A stretch of 64,000 bases of DNA from Felis catus. Lineage: Eukaryota. The notes under the pieces are model-generated. The model saw nothing but the letters and a program-made list of their open reading frames with translations, had not been told where the DNA came from and did not search any database. A program made the translations under genes and the position numbers. The stretch lies in contig NC_058368.1 in assembly GCF_018350175.1 (NCBI RefSeq), positions 199,270,001 through 199,334,000 on the forward strand, in the 5' to 3' direction. Shown in pieces: positions 13,816-24,739 of this stretch (position 1 is the stretch's first letter; each line of letters starts with the position of its first letter).

Positions 13816-15089
13816 GCAAATGAATGTGTCATTTGACTTGTGGTTAAAATTTGTTTTCTTTGTCTTTTACGTTTTTTAAAGTGTGAAACAAAGATCACTT
13901 TACATAATTTAATATTTTATTTTCAAATCTCTAACACATTTGCAAACAGAAACTCTTCAAATTTGCGTAAGTAGTACTAGTTATCATCAGTTTCTAAAAT
14001 CCAGTATCTTAACTTCAACTACAATAACTGCAGACAAAATGGCTGACTTAGATATAGAATTTAGTTAGATACACAGTCATGTCTTAATTAGCCATGCACC
14101 AGTGGCCCCTTCAACTCTGTTTTGAGTTCTAGGGCTACTGTGAATACATTATTACTTGGGAATGCAAAATTATTCTCCATAATGTCTAGGAGAACAAGAA
14201 CTAACTTGGATCACCTCTCTTACAGCCCTAAGTCAACCAGTCGGGTATTTTATTTAGAGAAACACTTCCCATTCTTCAAGTCTTCATATGTACAATAGTT
14301 CACTACAATTTTTTTTTTTTTATCTTTCCCCAATCTTAGCATCGTTATTTTTCAACAATTCTATCTTATGTATGTATCCACTATTGCCTTCAAAGCTTTT
14401 CATAAGCCACTGACCCTATTCAGGACATTCTTCTCCCCCCCCCCCCCCCCCCCCGCCCCAACACACCAAAACCTTAATAAAATTTACCTCACAAATCCTT
14501 TCTAATTAACTCTAGTTCTAACGCTCGGGACTCCCTTTATATTTAACACTAAATTAATTAGTATTTGACTAGACCCTCAATTTTTAACCACCCCCATCTG
14601 TCCCTGCAGTCTTCCCGTGTTATTCTAAGCACTCAGTGTAGTCTCCAGAGCATGCAAAAGGCATTCAATACATGCCCTGATTTATAATAGGCAGCGAAAT
14701 AGCGATAAAACATAATGCTTTGCAGATAAACACACTACCGTGTTTACATGCTATTGTGTTAGTACCACAGTCAGGAAAATTCGCGTTAAGAGGGAAATCG
14801 AGGATTAATGCAGTCAGGAAAAAAAAGCACCATCACAAAAACGCTCAAAGCAAAACAACAGCAACAATCTCCGAATTATTGTGAAGCTTTAATAAAATTC
14901 TTGATAGGAAGCCTCCCGGCATTACCACCAGCCTTTTAGAAATTACCTTCCAATATTACTAGCAATGGTATGTTCACTAACATTGAATTCCAACCAAGCA
15001 GGCTGATGAATAAAACAATCTTTCTGTTCAGAAACCCACTAATACCACTTAAAGCCATGTAAGGGAAAGAGGGATTTAACCCCAACAAG

Positions 15090-15660
15090 GCCTGGAGTGA
15101 CGGACAAACAGGTGAAAAACGGAGGGGGTGCGTAAAGTGGGGAGAAAGACCAGTGAGACTCCTCCCCTTCTCTGGGGGCTAGGGCTCGGCTCGCAGCCCT
15201 GGAGACAACCCCACCCCACAGACCCTCTCTCACAGCAATAGTCCCAAAGTTTCCAAGAAACCAGAGGTCCTCCTCCCCTCATCCCCGCATTCACACCCCC
15301 ACTCGCCTGGCCAGTGCCCCTGAAAAGCAGCTAGTCCCAAATCCAACCGCCCTCTCCGGAGGAAAGGGTCAGCAGAGAACGCTTTCCCAGAGGCCTTCTC
15401 CGGAACCCAGCCAGCAGAGACCTCCCCAAAAGTGGAGAGACCCCAGAAGCTTGAAGAAGAAGCCTGACAATCCTGTTACCTGGTAGGAACCCTGGAAGCG
15501 GAAATGGCCGCTACAGCCACTGCCCTTTTCCCCCACAACATTTGCCTCAGCGCCACTGACATTGAGACCGCCGCCATCTTGCTGCAGGCAAACGCCAGAA
15601 CGGATCACCGGAAGGGACAAACTTCCTTCGTTCTCAAGCTTCTGGGGCTCCATCGTAATG
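15090..15660. promoter_or_regulatory. GC/CpG-enriched region over NDUFS4 exon 1 and proximal intron 1
   Basis: Visible rise in GC and CpG relative to the AT-rich flanks, with G-runs on the sense strand downstream of the donor. Confidence 0.7.
15480..15577 (-). CDS. NDUFS4: NDUFS4 coding exon 1 (complex I 18-kDa subunit, N-terminal mitochondrial targeting sequence); 98 nt, phase-2 donor
   Basis: The reverse complement from the ATG at 15577 reads [32 protein letters not shown]+AG, matching the recalled human N-terminus [33 protein letters not shown]. It ends at a canonical donor CAG|GTAACA (15480/15479). The ORF track misses it because it is spliced. Confidence 0.97.
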
Positions 15661-15700
15661 AAGTGGGCTTTTGTTAATTTCATTTTTTGTTTGGCGTTTT
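15570..15700 (-). promoter_or_regulatory. NDUFS4: NDUFS4 core promoter and short 5' UTR: TISU/YY1 element plus ETS (GABP/NRF-2) sites
   Basis: CAAGATGGCGGC on the minus strand (15570-15581) fits TISU (SAASATGGCGGC) and the YY1 core. ETS cores CCGGAAG (15608-15614) and ACTTCC (15621-15626) are present. No TATA box seen. Confidence 0.8.
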
Positions 15701-16689
15701 GTTAAATGCTGGAGTTCAGAAAAGAGGTAATAGGTTTGATTGAAAGAGATAAGAAGGAAAATGAATGGAAGAAAATGCAGCAGTGCATTCTGTAAATATT
15801 ACCTCCACAAATTGTAATCCTTGTTTGTTGCTAGGACTGGTTGTTTACTGGTTATTCAATGAAAAGAACCCTCCCCCCCCCCCCAACACACACATACACA
15901 CACAGAAACGCAAAAAACATGGAAATTTTAAACACCTGCAACTCATAATTTTTTCAAAGGGCTGAGCATATTTAGGGCTGAGCCCACTGGAAGAGCCAGA
16001 GGGCTCTTTGGGTTCTTGAGAACCTAAAGTAGTACTTTTGCAAAGTGTTGCCAGATTCAGTTTGCAAGCCCTCAGGAAAGGGCTGTATTTAGTTTGATGT
16101 TGTCTAGTTGTAACGATCATATTTTCCAGTTTGGACACATGGCCCGGAAAAGGATTATTTTTTTGACATGTAGGTTCATATGAAAAACTAATAGAACACA
16201 ATATTTGAAATCCCCTGCCTTCCCAGTAAATTCTGATTGTGCGATCATAATACGTACACACCAAGAATATTATTAATGCTTCATGTATATAAAACAAAAA
16301 TTATCTTCTGAGACAAGTGTTGGAAACATCCTTGTATTGTAAGCTACTGACCTTAAAAACGATTAATTGAATTATTGAAAATAAAAGGTTAGTTTGTGGG
16401 GTTTTGTTTTTAAAGAGATTTTTTTTTTTAAGATTCCTGCTTTTAACATTAAGCCCTTGGAAACATAACATTTATTAAAAGAAGAGGATTAACAGGAAGA
16501 TGGGGGATAACTTGGTTCTGCATTATGACGAATTAAAAGAAAATACATAAGGAAAGAAGGAAAAGAAAGAGATTCAACACTGTAGCACCTTACACCTAAC
16601 TCTAAGGAGAGAAAGCCATGTCAAGGGAAAAGGGAGATGAACAGAAAGATGAAGGAAGGCAAAGGAGAAATGTCTCAGAGGGAATTTTC

Positions 16690-19220
16690 TTTTAAAGTTT
16701 TTATTTTGAAACAATTATAGATTTCACAAGAAGTTGCAAAAATAGTACAGATTTTTCAGCCAGTTTCTCCCATGGATTGTATCTTCCATAACTCTAGTAC
16801 ATACTAAAGCCAAGAGACTGACATTGATGTAAAATGTTGGGATAGTCCTGTATCATTCTATCACATGTGTTAATTCATGACACCACTACCACAATCAAGA
16901 TTCAGAATTATTTCAAAACCACAAAGATCTCCAGAGTGCTACCATTTTATAGTAACTCCCAAGTTACAACTCTTGGTTACCGTTCAGTTGGCCTTTGAAC
17001 AATGCAGGGGCTCAGGGGACCTGCACAGTTGAAAGTCCACATACAATTTTTGACTCCTCAAAGCTCAACTACTAATAGCCTACTGTTGATCATAAGACTT
17101 ACCAATGACATAAACAATTAACACATATTTTGTATAGTTTATACTGTATTGTTACAATAAAGTAAGCTGGAGAAAAAAATATTATTAGGAACTCCTTGTG
17201 AGTTTGAGCCCTATGTTAGCTATAGAATTTACTTAAAAAAATAGTTTGCTTTAAAAGGAAAAAATAGGGGCGCCTGGGTGGCGCAGTCAGTTAAGCGTCT
17301 GACTTCAGCCAGGTTACGATCTCGCGGTCCGTGAGTTCAAGCCCCGCGTCGGGCTCTGGGCTGATGGCTCAGAGCCTGGAGCCTGTTTCCGATTCTGTGT
17401 CTCCCTCTCTCTCTGCCCCTCCCCTGTTCACGCTCTGTCTCTCTCTGTCCCAAAAATAAAAAAAATTTAAAAGGAAAAAATAAAATCATTAGGAAGAGAA
17501 AATTCATTTACAGTACTGTACTTATTGAAAAAAAGTTCATATATAAGTGGACCTGCGTAGTTCAAACCCATGTTGTTCAAAGTTCAACGGTACTGTTTCC
17601 GTTCTTATAATTTGACATTTCAAGTATGTTACATAAATTGACTCATGTAGTATATGACTTTTTGAGATTGGCTTCTTACACTCAGCATAATGCCCTTGAG
17701 AACCATTCAAATTAATGCATATATGAACAGTCCATTTCTTTTTATTGCTGAGTAACATTCCTGGTGTATTAGGACCCTCCAGAAAAGCAAATACAGTAAG
17801 ATAAATGTATGAGCATACCTATCTGTTTAACCATTCACCTATTGTAAAAATTTTTGTTGTTTTCTGTTTTGGGCTATTAAAAATAAAACTGCAGGGTACC
17901 TGGGTGGCTCATCAGACTCTTGGGGTCTGCTCAGGTCATGACCTCGTGGTTGTGAGATCAAGTCCCACACTGGGCTCCACGCTGAGCATGGAGTCTGCTT
18001 AGGATTCTCTCTCTCCCTCTCTTTATGCCCCTCCCCTGCTCATGCACATATGCCTGTGCAGGAGCACACTTGCTCTCTCCCTCAAAACAATATACATTTT
18101 AAAAATAAATAAAACTGCTATGAATACTCATTTTTTGGTGTAGGCATAAATTTTCACTTCTCTGGGATAAGTGTTCAAAAGCACAATGCTGGGTCATGTG
18201 ATACATGTATATTTGTTTTTTTAGGAAACTGCTTAATGATTTTTCAAAGCAGTTATACCATTTTACATTCCTACTAGCAATATATGAGAACCAGTTTCTC
18301 TTTATCCTCACCAGCATTTGCTATTTCACTATTTCTTATTTTATCTCGGCTAACATTAGTAGTAGGTATATCATAATATCTCATCATGGCCTTACTTTAC
18401 ACTCCCCTAATGGCTAATAATATCAAATATCTTTTCATGTGCTTATTTGCCATCTGTATATTCTATTCAGTTAAATGCCTCATGTCTTTTGCTCATTTTC
18501 TAATTGCATTATTTGTTTTTGCCTGTTATATTTTAAGAGGTCTTTATATATTCCAAATATGAGTCTTTTATCAGATATGTGGTCTGCAAATATGTTCTCC
18601 TGTCTGTAGCTTGTCTTTTCATCCTCTTAACAGGGTCTGTTGCGCAGTAAATGTATTAAATTTTGGTGAAGACCAGATTAGTCATTTTTTAATTCATGAA
18701 TTTTACTTTTGGTGTCATGTCCTCGTACTATTCATCAAGTCTATGTCCTAAACATTTTCTCCTATGTTTTCTTCTAAAGGTTTTTTTAGTTTTACCTTTT
18801 ATGGTTAAGTCTATGGCCTTTTTTTTTGAGTTGCATATTTAGTCAATAAGGTGTGAGGCTTAGGTCAAGTTTCAATTTTTTTACCTGTGGGTATCCAATT
18901 GCTCCAGCACTCTGCATTAAAAAGACTATCTTGGTGCGCCTGGGTGGCTCAGTCGGTTGAGCGTACGACTTCAGCTCAGGTCGCGATCTCACGGTCCGTG
19001 AGTTCAAGCCCCGCGTCGGGCTCTGGGCTGATGGCTCAGAGCCTGGAGCCTGCTTCCGATTCTGTGTCTCCCTCTCTCTCTGCCCCTCCCCCATTCATGC
19101 TCTGTCTGTGTCTCAAAAATAAATAAACGTTAAAAAGACTATCTTTCTTCCATTGAATTGTTTTTGTACCTTTATCAAAAAATCAATTTGGCCATACTGT
19201 ATCTGGGTTCTCTATTTCAA
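16690..19220 (-). mobile_element. Old L1 3' region (L1MC/MD-like), interrupted by a Tigger2a-like MITE and four SINEs
   Basis: 'ttttattttgaaacaattatagatttcacaagaagttgcaaaaatagtacag' 3' end, plus 'cttttcatgtgcttatttgccatctgtatatt' and 'tatccaattgctccagcac' L1 motifs. Confidence 0.85.
16985..17590 (-). mobile_element. Tigger2a-type (TcMar) non-autonomous DNA transposon containing SINE insertions
   Basis: TIR-like ends CAGTTGGCCTTTGAACAA ... TTGTTCAAAGTTCAACGG+TA. A young SINE at 17267-17465 has TSD TTTAAAAGGAAAAAATA. Confidence 0.8.
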
Positions 19221-20039
19221 AGGGAATTTTAAGCCCTCGGGTGGTTTTGATGTTGGGTTAAATTTTAATAAACATGTTTTCATTTTTAAGAAGTAACTTA
19301 TGATCTGTCCCAATGTTCATCAGGGCAACTCACTGTAGCCCTGCTCCTAGTCCCATTGACCAAAACTCAACTTCTCCACCTACCAGCTATTCTAGTCTCT
19401 TCCTTCTGTGAATTTGGAATCTCAAGGGAAGACTTCACTGGTCTGTTTTCCTTTCTACACAGCCTTTGATCCAAAATCAGCATTGCCAACAATACATTCC
19501 CGTAGAACCTCTGATTCCTTGATCTTCTGTTGGATTCCCTCCACTGCCCATACCTGAAGTCCTTGCTAACCTCACGTATAATATATAGGCCTAAGAACTG
19601 AACAGAATTAACATGCCATGTGCACTTATTTATTTATTTATTTACTTACTTACTTACTTACAATTTCACCTAAACTATAGAGTCTACCACTAAGCTTAAT
19701 AAATTGTCTAGGTCTAAAAAAAAAATTTTTTTTTAATATTTCAATAGAAGTATTTAAAATACTTTTTGTTTGCATTTCATGCATGGTAACCAAAATCCTC
19801 CTGAGCAGCTCATCATTATTAAACAAAATAGCAATCTCAGACACTTATTCTACTGCTAATTAGTACTCACCATGTAACCTTATCTGACTCCTCAGTAGTT
19901 TGGCATAGCTTTTAATTCACTGAGTATCTTTAACCTCATTTCCCAAGTGGTATTCTAAGGAACACTAATTGTGAGAGACTTTAACTGGTGCTCCTAAAAA
20001 TTGATTCCATACTACTAATATTCCAGACTTGGGGTAATT

Positions 20040-20765
20040 TTTTTCCTTCCAGCTCTATTGAGATTTACCTGGCATAATATTTGGTAAGTTCAAAGTGTAA
20101 AACATGATGGTTTGATATATGCATATATTGCAAATGGTTATCACAGTAAGGTTAGTTAATACATCCACCACATCGCATAGTTACCTTTGTGTGTATGGAG
20201 AGAATTTTTGAGGTCTACTCTCAGCAAATTTCAAGGATATAATGCAGCAATATTTTAACCATAGTCACCATGCTGTACATTAAATTCCTGGAACTTATCT
20301 ATAGTATAACTGGAAGTTTGTGCTCTTTGATTACTTTTACCCATCCCTCCCCCATCATTTCCCCACCTCTAACACCCCCGCCTCACCTTGGAAATCACCT
20401 ATCTTCTTTATTTCTAAGAGTTCAGTTTTTCAGATTCCACATGTAAGTTAAAATACACCGTTTGTCTTTCTCTGTCTGACATTTAATTTAGCATAATGTC
20501 CTTCAGTTTCATCCATTTTGTCACAAATGGCAGGATATCCAACTTTTTAGTGTCTAGATAATATTCCATTGTGTGTGTGTGGGTGTGTGTGTGGGTGTGT
20601 GTGTATTCTTTATTCATTTGTCACTGGACACTTTGGTTATTTCCATGTGTTGGCTGTTGGAAATAATCCTTCAATGAAGTTGAGGCTGCAGATATCTCTC
20701 AAAGATACTGATTTCATTTACCTCAGATATATGCCCAGAAATGGAATTGCTGAATCATATGGTAA
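20040..20765 (-). mobile_element. L1 3' end (L1MA9/L1_Carn-like)
   Basis: 'catgatggtttgatatatgcatatattgcaaatggttatcacagtaaggttagttaatacatcc' and 'cccagaaatggaattgctgaatcatatggta'. Confidence 0.85.
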
Positions 20766-20779
20766 GCTTGGAGTAAGTC

Positions 20780-22214
20780 TTTTTTTTTTTTTTTTTAAGT
20801 CACAATCCCATTTATTTATTTATTTGTTTGTTTGTTTGTTTGTTTTAAAGCAAGCTCTATACCCAACATGGGGCTTGAACTCACAACCCTGAGATCAAGA
20901 GTCACGTGTTCCACTGACTGAGCCAGCCCTGTGCTCCATCTTGGAGTGTTTCTTAATTCTTCTTTCTTTTACCTTCCACTTCCAATCTTTAACATGTGTA
21001 CAGGGATGCCTGGCTAGCTTGGTTGGAAGAGCATGTGACCCTTTAAAAAACATTTTTTTTAATGTTTATTTATTTTTGAGAGAGAGACAGAGACAGAGCA
21101 TGAGCAAGGGAGGGGCAGAGAGAGGAGGCACAGAGTCTGAAGTAGGCTCCAGGCTCTGAGCTGTCAGCACAGAGCCCAATGCAGGACTCAACTCATGAGA
21201 AGAGCATGTGACTCTTGATCTCAGTATCATTTGTTCGAGCCCCATGATGGGTATAGAGATTACTTTTTAAAAAATAAACAAACTGCGGGGCGCCTGGGTG
21301 GCTCAGTCGGTTAAGCGGCCGACTTCAGCTCAGGTCATGATCTCGCAGTCCGTGGGTTTGAGCCCCGCGTCGGGCTCTGTGCTGACAGCTCAGAGCCTGG
21401 AGCCTGTTTCAGATTCTGTGTCTCCCTCTCTCTGACCCTCCCCCGTTCATGCTCTGTCTCTGTCTCAAAAATAAATAAACGTTAAAAAAAATTAGAAAAA
21501 AATAAAAAATAAAAAATAAATAAACAAACTGGGGAGCCTGGGTGGCTCAGTCAGTTAAGCATCCAACTCTTGCTCTCAGCTCAGGTCATCATCTCATGGT
21601 TTGTGACATCGAGCCCCACGGCGGGCTTGGTGCTGGTGGAGTGGAGCCTGCTTGGGTTCTGTCTCTCCTTCTCTCTGCCCCTCACCTGCTTGTGCTCTCT
21701 CTCTCTCTCTCTCTCTAAATAAATAAATAAATAAGCTTTTAAACAAACAAACAAACAAACAAACTTGGGGCACCTGGATGGCTCAGTCAGTTAAGCATCC
21801 AACTCTTTTTTTTTTTTTCTGAAGAGAATTTTATTATAAGAAGTCAACATCCAACTCTTGATTTCACCATTCATGGGTTTGAGCCCTGTGTTGGGCTTTG
21901 TGCTGGCAGTGGGGAGCCTGCTTGGGATTCTCTGTCTCCCTCTCCCTCTGTCCCTCCCCCACTAGCTCTCTCTCAAAAATAAATAAATATTTAAATAAAG
22001 AAGCTTTTTTAAAAGTTATGTTCAGATATTTATTTATTTAGAGAGAGAGAGAGAGACAGAGTGCAAGCAGGGGAGGGGCAGAGAGAGAGGGAGACACAGA
22101 ATCTGAAGCAGGTTCCAGGCTCTGAGCTGTCAGCCCAGCTCCAACCCATAAGCCATGACATCATGACCTGAGCTGAAGTCGGATGCTTAACTGACTGAGC
22201 CACCCAGGCATCCC
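20780..22214. mobile_element. Dense cluster of about 7 Can-SINEs in both orientations, partly nested
   Basis: Plus-strand heads at about 21002, 21287, 21531 and 21766; minus copies at 20780-20936, 21053-21197 and 22028-22214. The 21002 copy is split by a truncated SINE with TSD GAAGAGCATGTGAC(C/T)CTT. Confidence 0.92.
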
Positions 22215-22239
22215 AATAAATAAGCTTTTTTAAAAAGTG

Positions 22240-22800
22240 TTCAGAATGTGACCATTTTCCCTACCTCTCCTATTGCCACTCTGATCCAAGCCACCATCAC
22301 CTGCGGCATGGATTCTTGAAATAGGCTTCTAATAGCTTCCAGGTAGCGATCAAAGCAATTGAAACAAAAGTCAGGCCACGCCTTTCTTCAAAACCGTAGA
22401 GGGACTTTCTGTGTCATTCGTAGTAAAAGCCCAAGATCTTATTATTATAACATATAAAGCCCTGTACAATAGGCACTCTAAAGGCCCTCTGACCTACCGT
22501 CCATCCCTTTACTCACTGCGTTCTAGACGCACTGGCATCTTTGGTATCCCTGCAGCATGCCAGGCACACTTCTATCTCAAGGCCTTTGTGCTTGCTTTCC
22601 CGTGTCTGGAATACTCCTCTGTCTCCATCTCTGTCTCTTTCCCATGTGTATATCTGTCCATCTGTCTGTCTGTCTGTCTCTCTCACCTCCTTCAGGTCTT
22701 TGCTCACATGTTACTTTCTCAGTCAGGTCCTTCCTGACTACTTTATCTAAAATTTTGACACTAGCCCCTATATCTTCCTTGCTTTATTTTTCCTCCTTAG
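22240..22800 (+). mobile_element. L2 LINE 3' fragment
   Basis: 'tccaagccaccatcacct', 'gccaggcacacttctatctcaaggcctttgtgcttgct' and 'caggtctttgctcacatgttactttctcagtcaggtccttcctgac'. Confidence 0.8.
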
Positions 22801-23035
22801 CATTTTTTTGTAAGTTTAGTATTTTATGAACTTCCTTTGGTAAATATGAATTATAAAGTGGAAAAATCTCCCAGTAAATAAGGACAATCTCCCTCCAGCT
22901 ATGAACATAAACTTTATTTTCACAGTAATGTGTCCAGGAACAATTGTTCTAATTATGCAATAAATATGGATCAAATGAAATAATTTATACTTAACTTACA
23001 AAATTAGTAAACTGTGCAATTTTTATTCAACGTTT

Positions 23036-23736
23036 TTTTTTTGTTTTTTTGTTTTTTTTTTATTTATTTTTGGGACAGAGAGAGACAGAGCATGAACGGG
23101 GGAGGGGCAGAGAGAGAGGGAGACACAGAATCGGAAACAGGCTCCAGGCTCTGAGCCATCAGCCCAGAGCCCGACGCGGGGCTCGAACTCACGGACCGCG
23201 AGATCGTGACCTGGCTGAAGTAGGACGCTTAACCGACTGCGCCACCCAGGCGTCCCAGCTGTGCAATTTTTAAAAAAATGTTTATTTTTGGGGCGCCTTG
23301 GTGGCTCAGTCGGTTAAGCGGCCGACTTTGGCTCAGGTCACGATCTCGCGGTCCGTGAGTTCGAGCCCCGCGTCGGGCTCTGTGCTGACAGCTCAGAGCC
23401 TGGAGCCTGTTTCAGATTCTGTGTCTCCCTCTCTCTCTGCCCCTCCCCCGTTCATGCTCTGTCTCTCTCTGTCTCAAAAATAAATAAATGTTAAAAAAAA
23501 TAAAAAATAAATAAAAAATAAAAAATAAAATAAAAAATGTTTATTTTTGAGAGAAAGATAGAGTCAGAGTGCAAGCAGAGAAGGGGCAGAGAGAGACGGA
23601 GACACAGAATCTGAAGCAGGCTCCAGGCTCTGAGCTGCCATCACAAAGCCTGACACGGGGCTTGGACCCACGAACCATGAGATCATGACCTGAGCTGAAG
23701 TTGGATGCTTAACCAACTGAGTCACCCAGGAGCCCC
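23036..23736. mobile_element. Three adjacent Can-SINEs (-, +, -)
   Basis: Young minus copy at 23036-23256. Young plus copy at 23289-23530, inserted in the A-tail of the minus copy 23536-23736 (TSD AAAAAATGTTTATTTTTG). Confidence 0.95.
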
Positions 23737-24199
23737 AGTAGCCTGTATAATTTTTTATCTTATTTTCACCTGGAGATCTGCACTGGTCCCTACTGGGTTC
23801 CCATAATCATTCTGGCTTCCAATTTGTACTCCACTTTGGAAATGAACACATGATCATGTCACCTATATGAATCCCTTCCAATGGCTTACCATTTCCCTCA
23901 GAATAAAATCCCTTATCCTGATCTGACAGGCTCCACATGGTTTGTCCTCCACCTTCACCACTGTCTTTCTGTCCTGCCCCAGAGCCTTTTGCAGATTGTT
24001 GCCAACTGGAGTGTTCTTCCTTGCCTTTTCTCTAGTCATCCTCTTTGTTCAGATCATAGCTAGAGAGTCACTCCCTGTGGTAGAAACTGTAGGTATCTTA
24101 TTGACATATCCCACCTTTCCCTTCCTTGCTGGCAGAGCCTGACTCCTCCTACAAAGACTAAAATAATATAGGATAGTTGCTTTCCCATGCTCTTTCAAG

Positions 24200-24540
24200 C
24201 AACATATGGACATGCCCAAGGCCAAGGGGATCTGAAATTCCTTGTGGGAAAAAAAGTTTCTGAAAAAAGGAGACACACAAAGAGAAATACCTCTTTTCCT
24301 GCCTTTGGATGCAATTGCATGAGGACATAATGCCTAGGGAACAAGCATAAAAATCTACCCACCAAGAAAGAATAGAATAGCAGAGAGAGGGAAAGAGGAA
24401 AGAGCCTAGGGTTTTAATGGCATTATGGAGCTTCTGAATCACCCCTAATCAAAATACCTCCTACTTCTTGTTGTATGAAATAAGTGTTTTAACTGTTTAA
24501 ACTTTCATCTGTTAAATATCTTACAGCTGAAAACATCTTT
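24200..24540 (+). mobile_element. Old ERVL LTR fragment (LTR16/LTR33-like) within L2 remnants (23830-25082)
   Basis: 'gagcctagggttttaatggcattatggagcttctgaatca...cttacagctgaaaacatc'; L2 terminus 'cccagcacctagc...gacacataataggcacc...(tgaa)n' at about 24990-25082. Confidence 0.55.
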
Positions 24541-24700
24541 ATTGATCCTCTTACACAAGGAATGCTTCTCTGACTTCCCTGACCACTCCAACTCCTCTTC
24601 TTGTAAACCCACCTAGCACCATATCTTTCTCCTTCAGAGTACCTCCCATGTTTCTGTCTTTTTTGTTTTTTTTTAAGTTTTTATTTGTTTATTTATTTAT

Positions 24701-24739
<39 letters not shown>

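Larger units (their letters stand above)
1..15479 (-). other. NDUFS4: NDUFS4 intron 1 (5' part; exon 2 lies beyond the window start)
   Basis: Starts at the GT donor at 15479-15478. I saw no sequence encoding the next residues (SLRTSTWRLAQDQ-like) in 1-15479. Confidence 0.88.

Noticed and set aside
15369..15683. 104-aa minus-strand ORF spanning the NDUFS4 promoter and exon 1
   Set aside because: It is out of frame with NDUFS4 (106 nt offset), starts upstream of the probable TSS and runs through the splice donor; a by-product of GC-rich sequence.
15845..16297. 150-aa minus-strand ORF upstream of NDUFS4
   Set aside because: Non-ATG start, runs through simple repeats (poly-G, GT) and has no recognisable homology.
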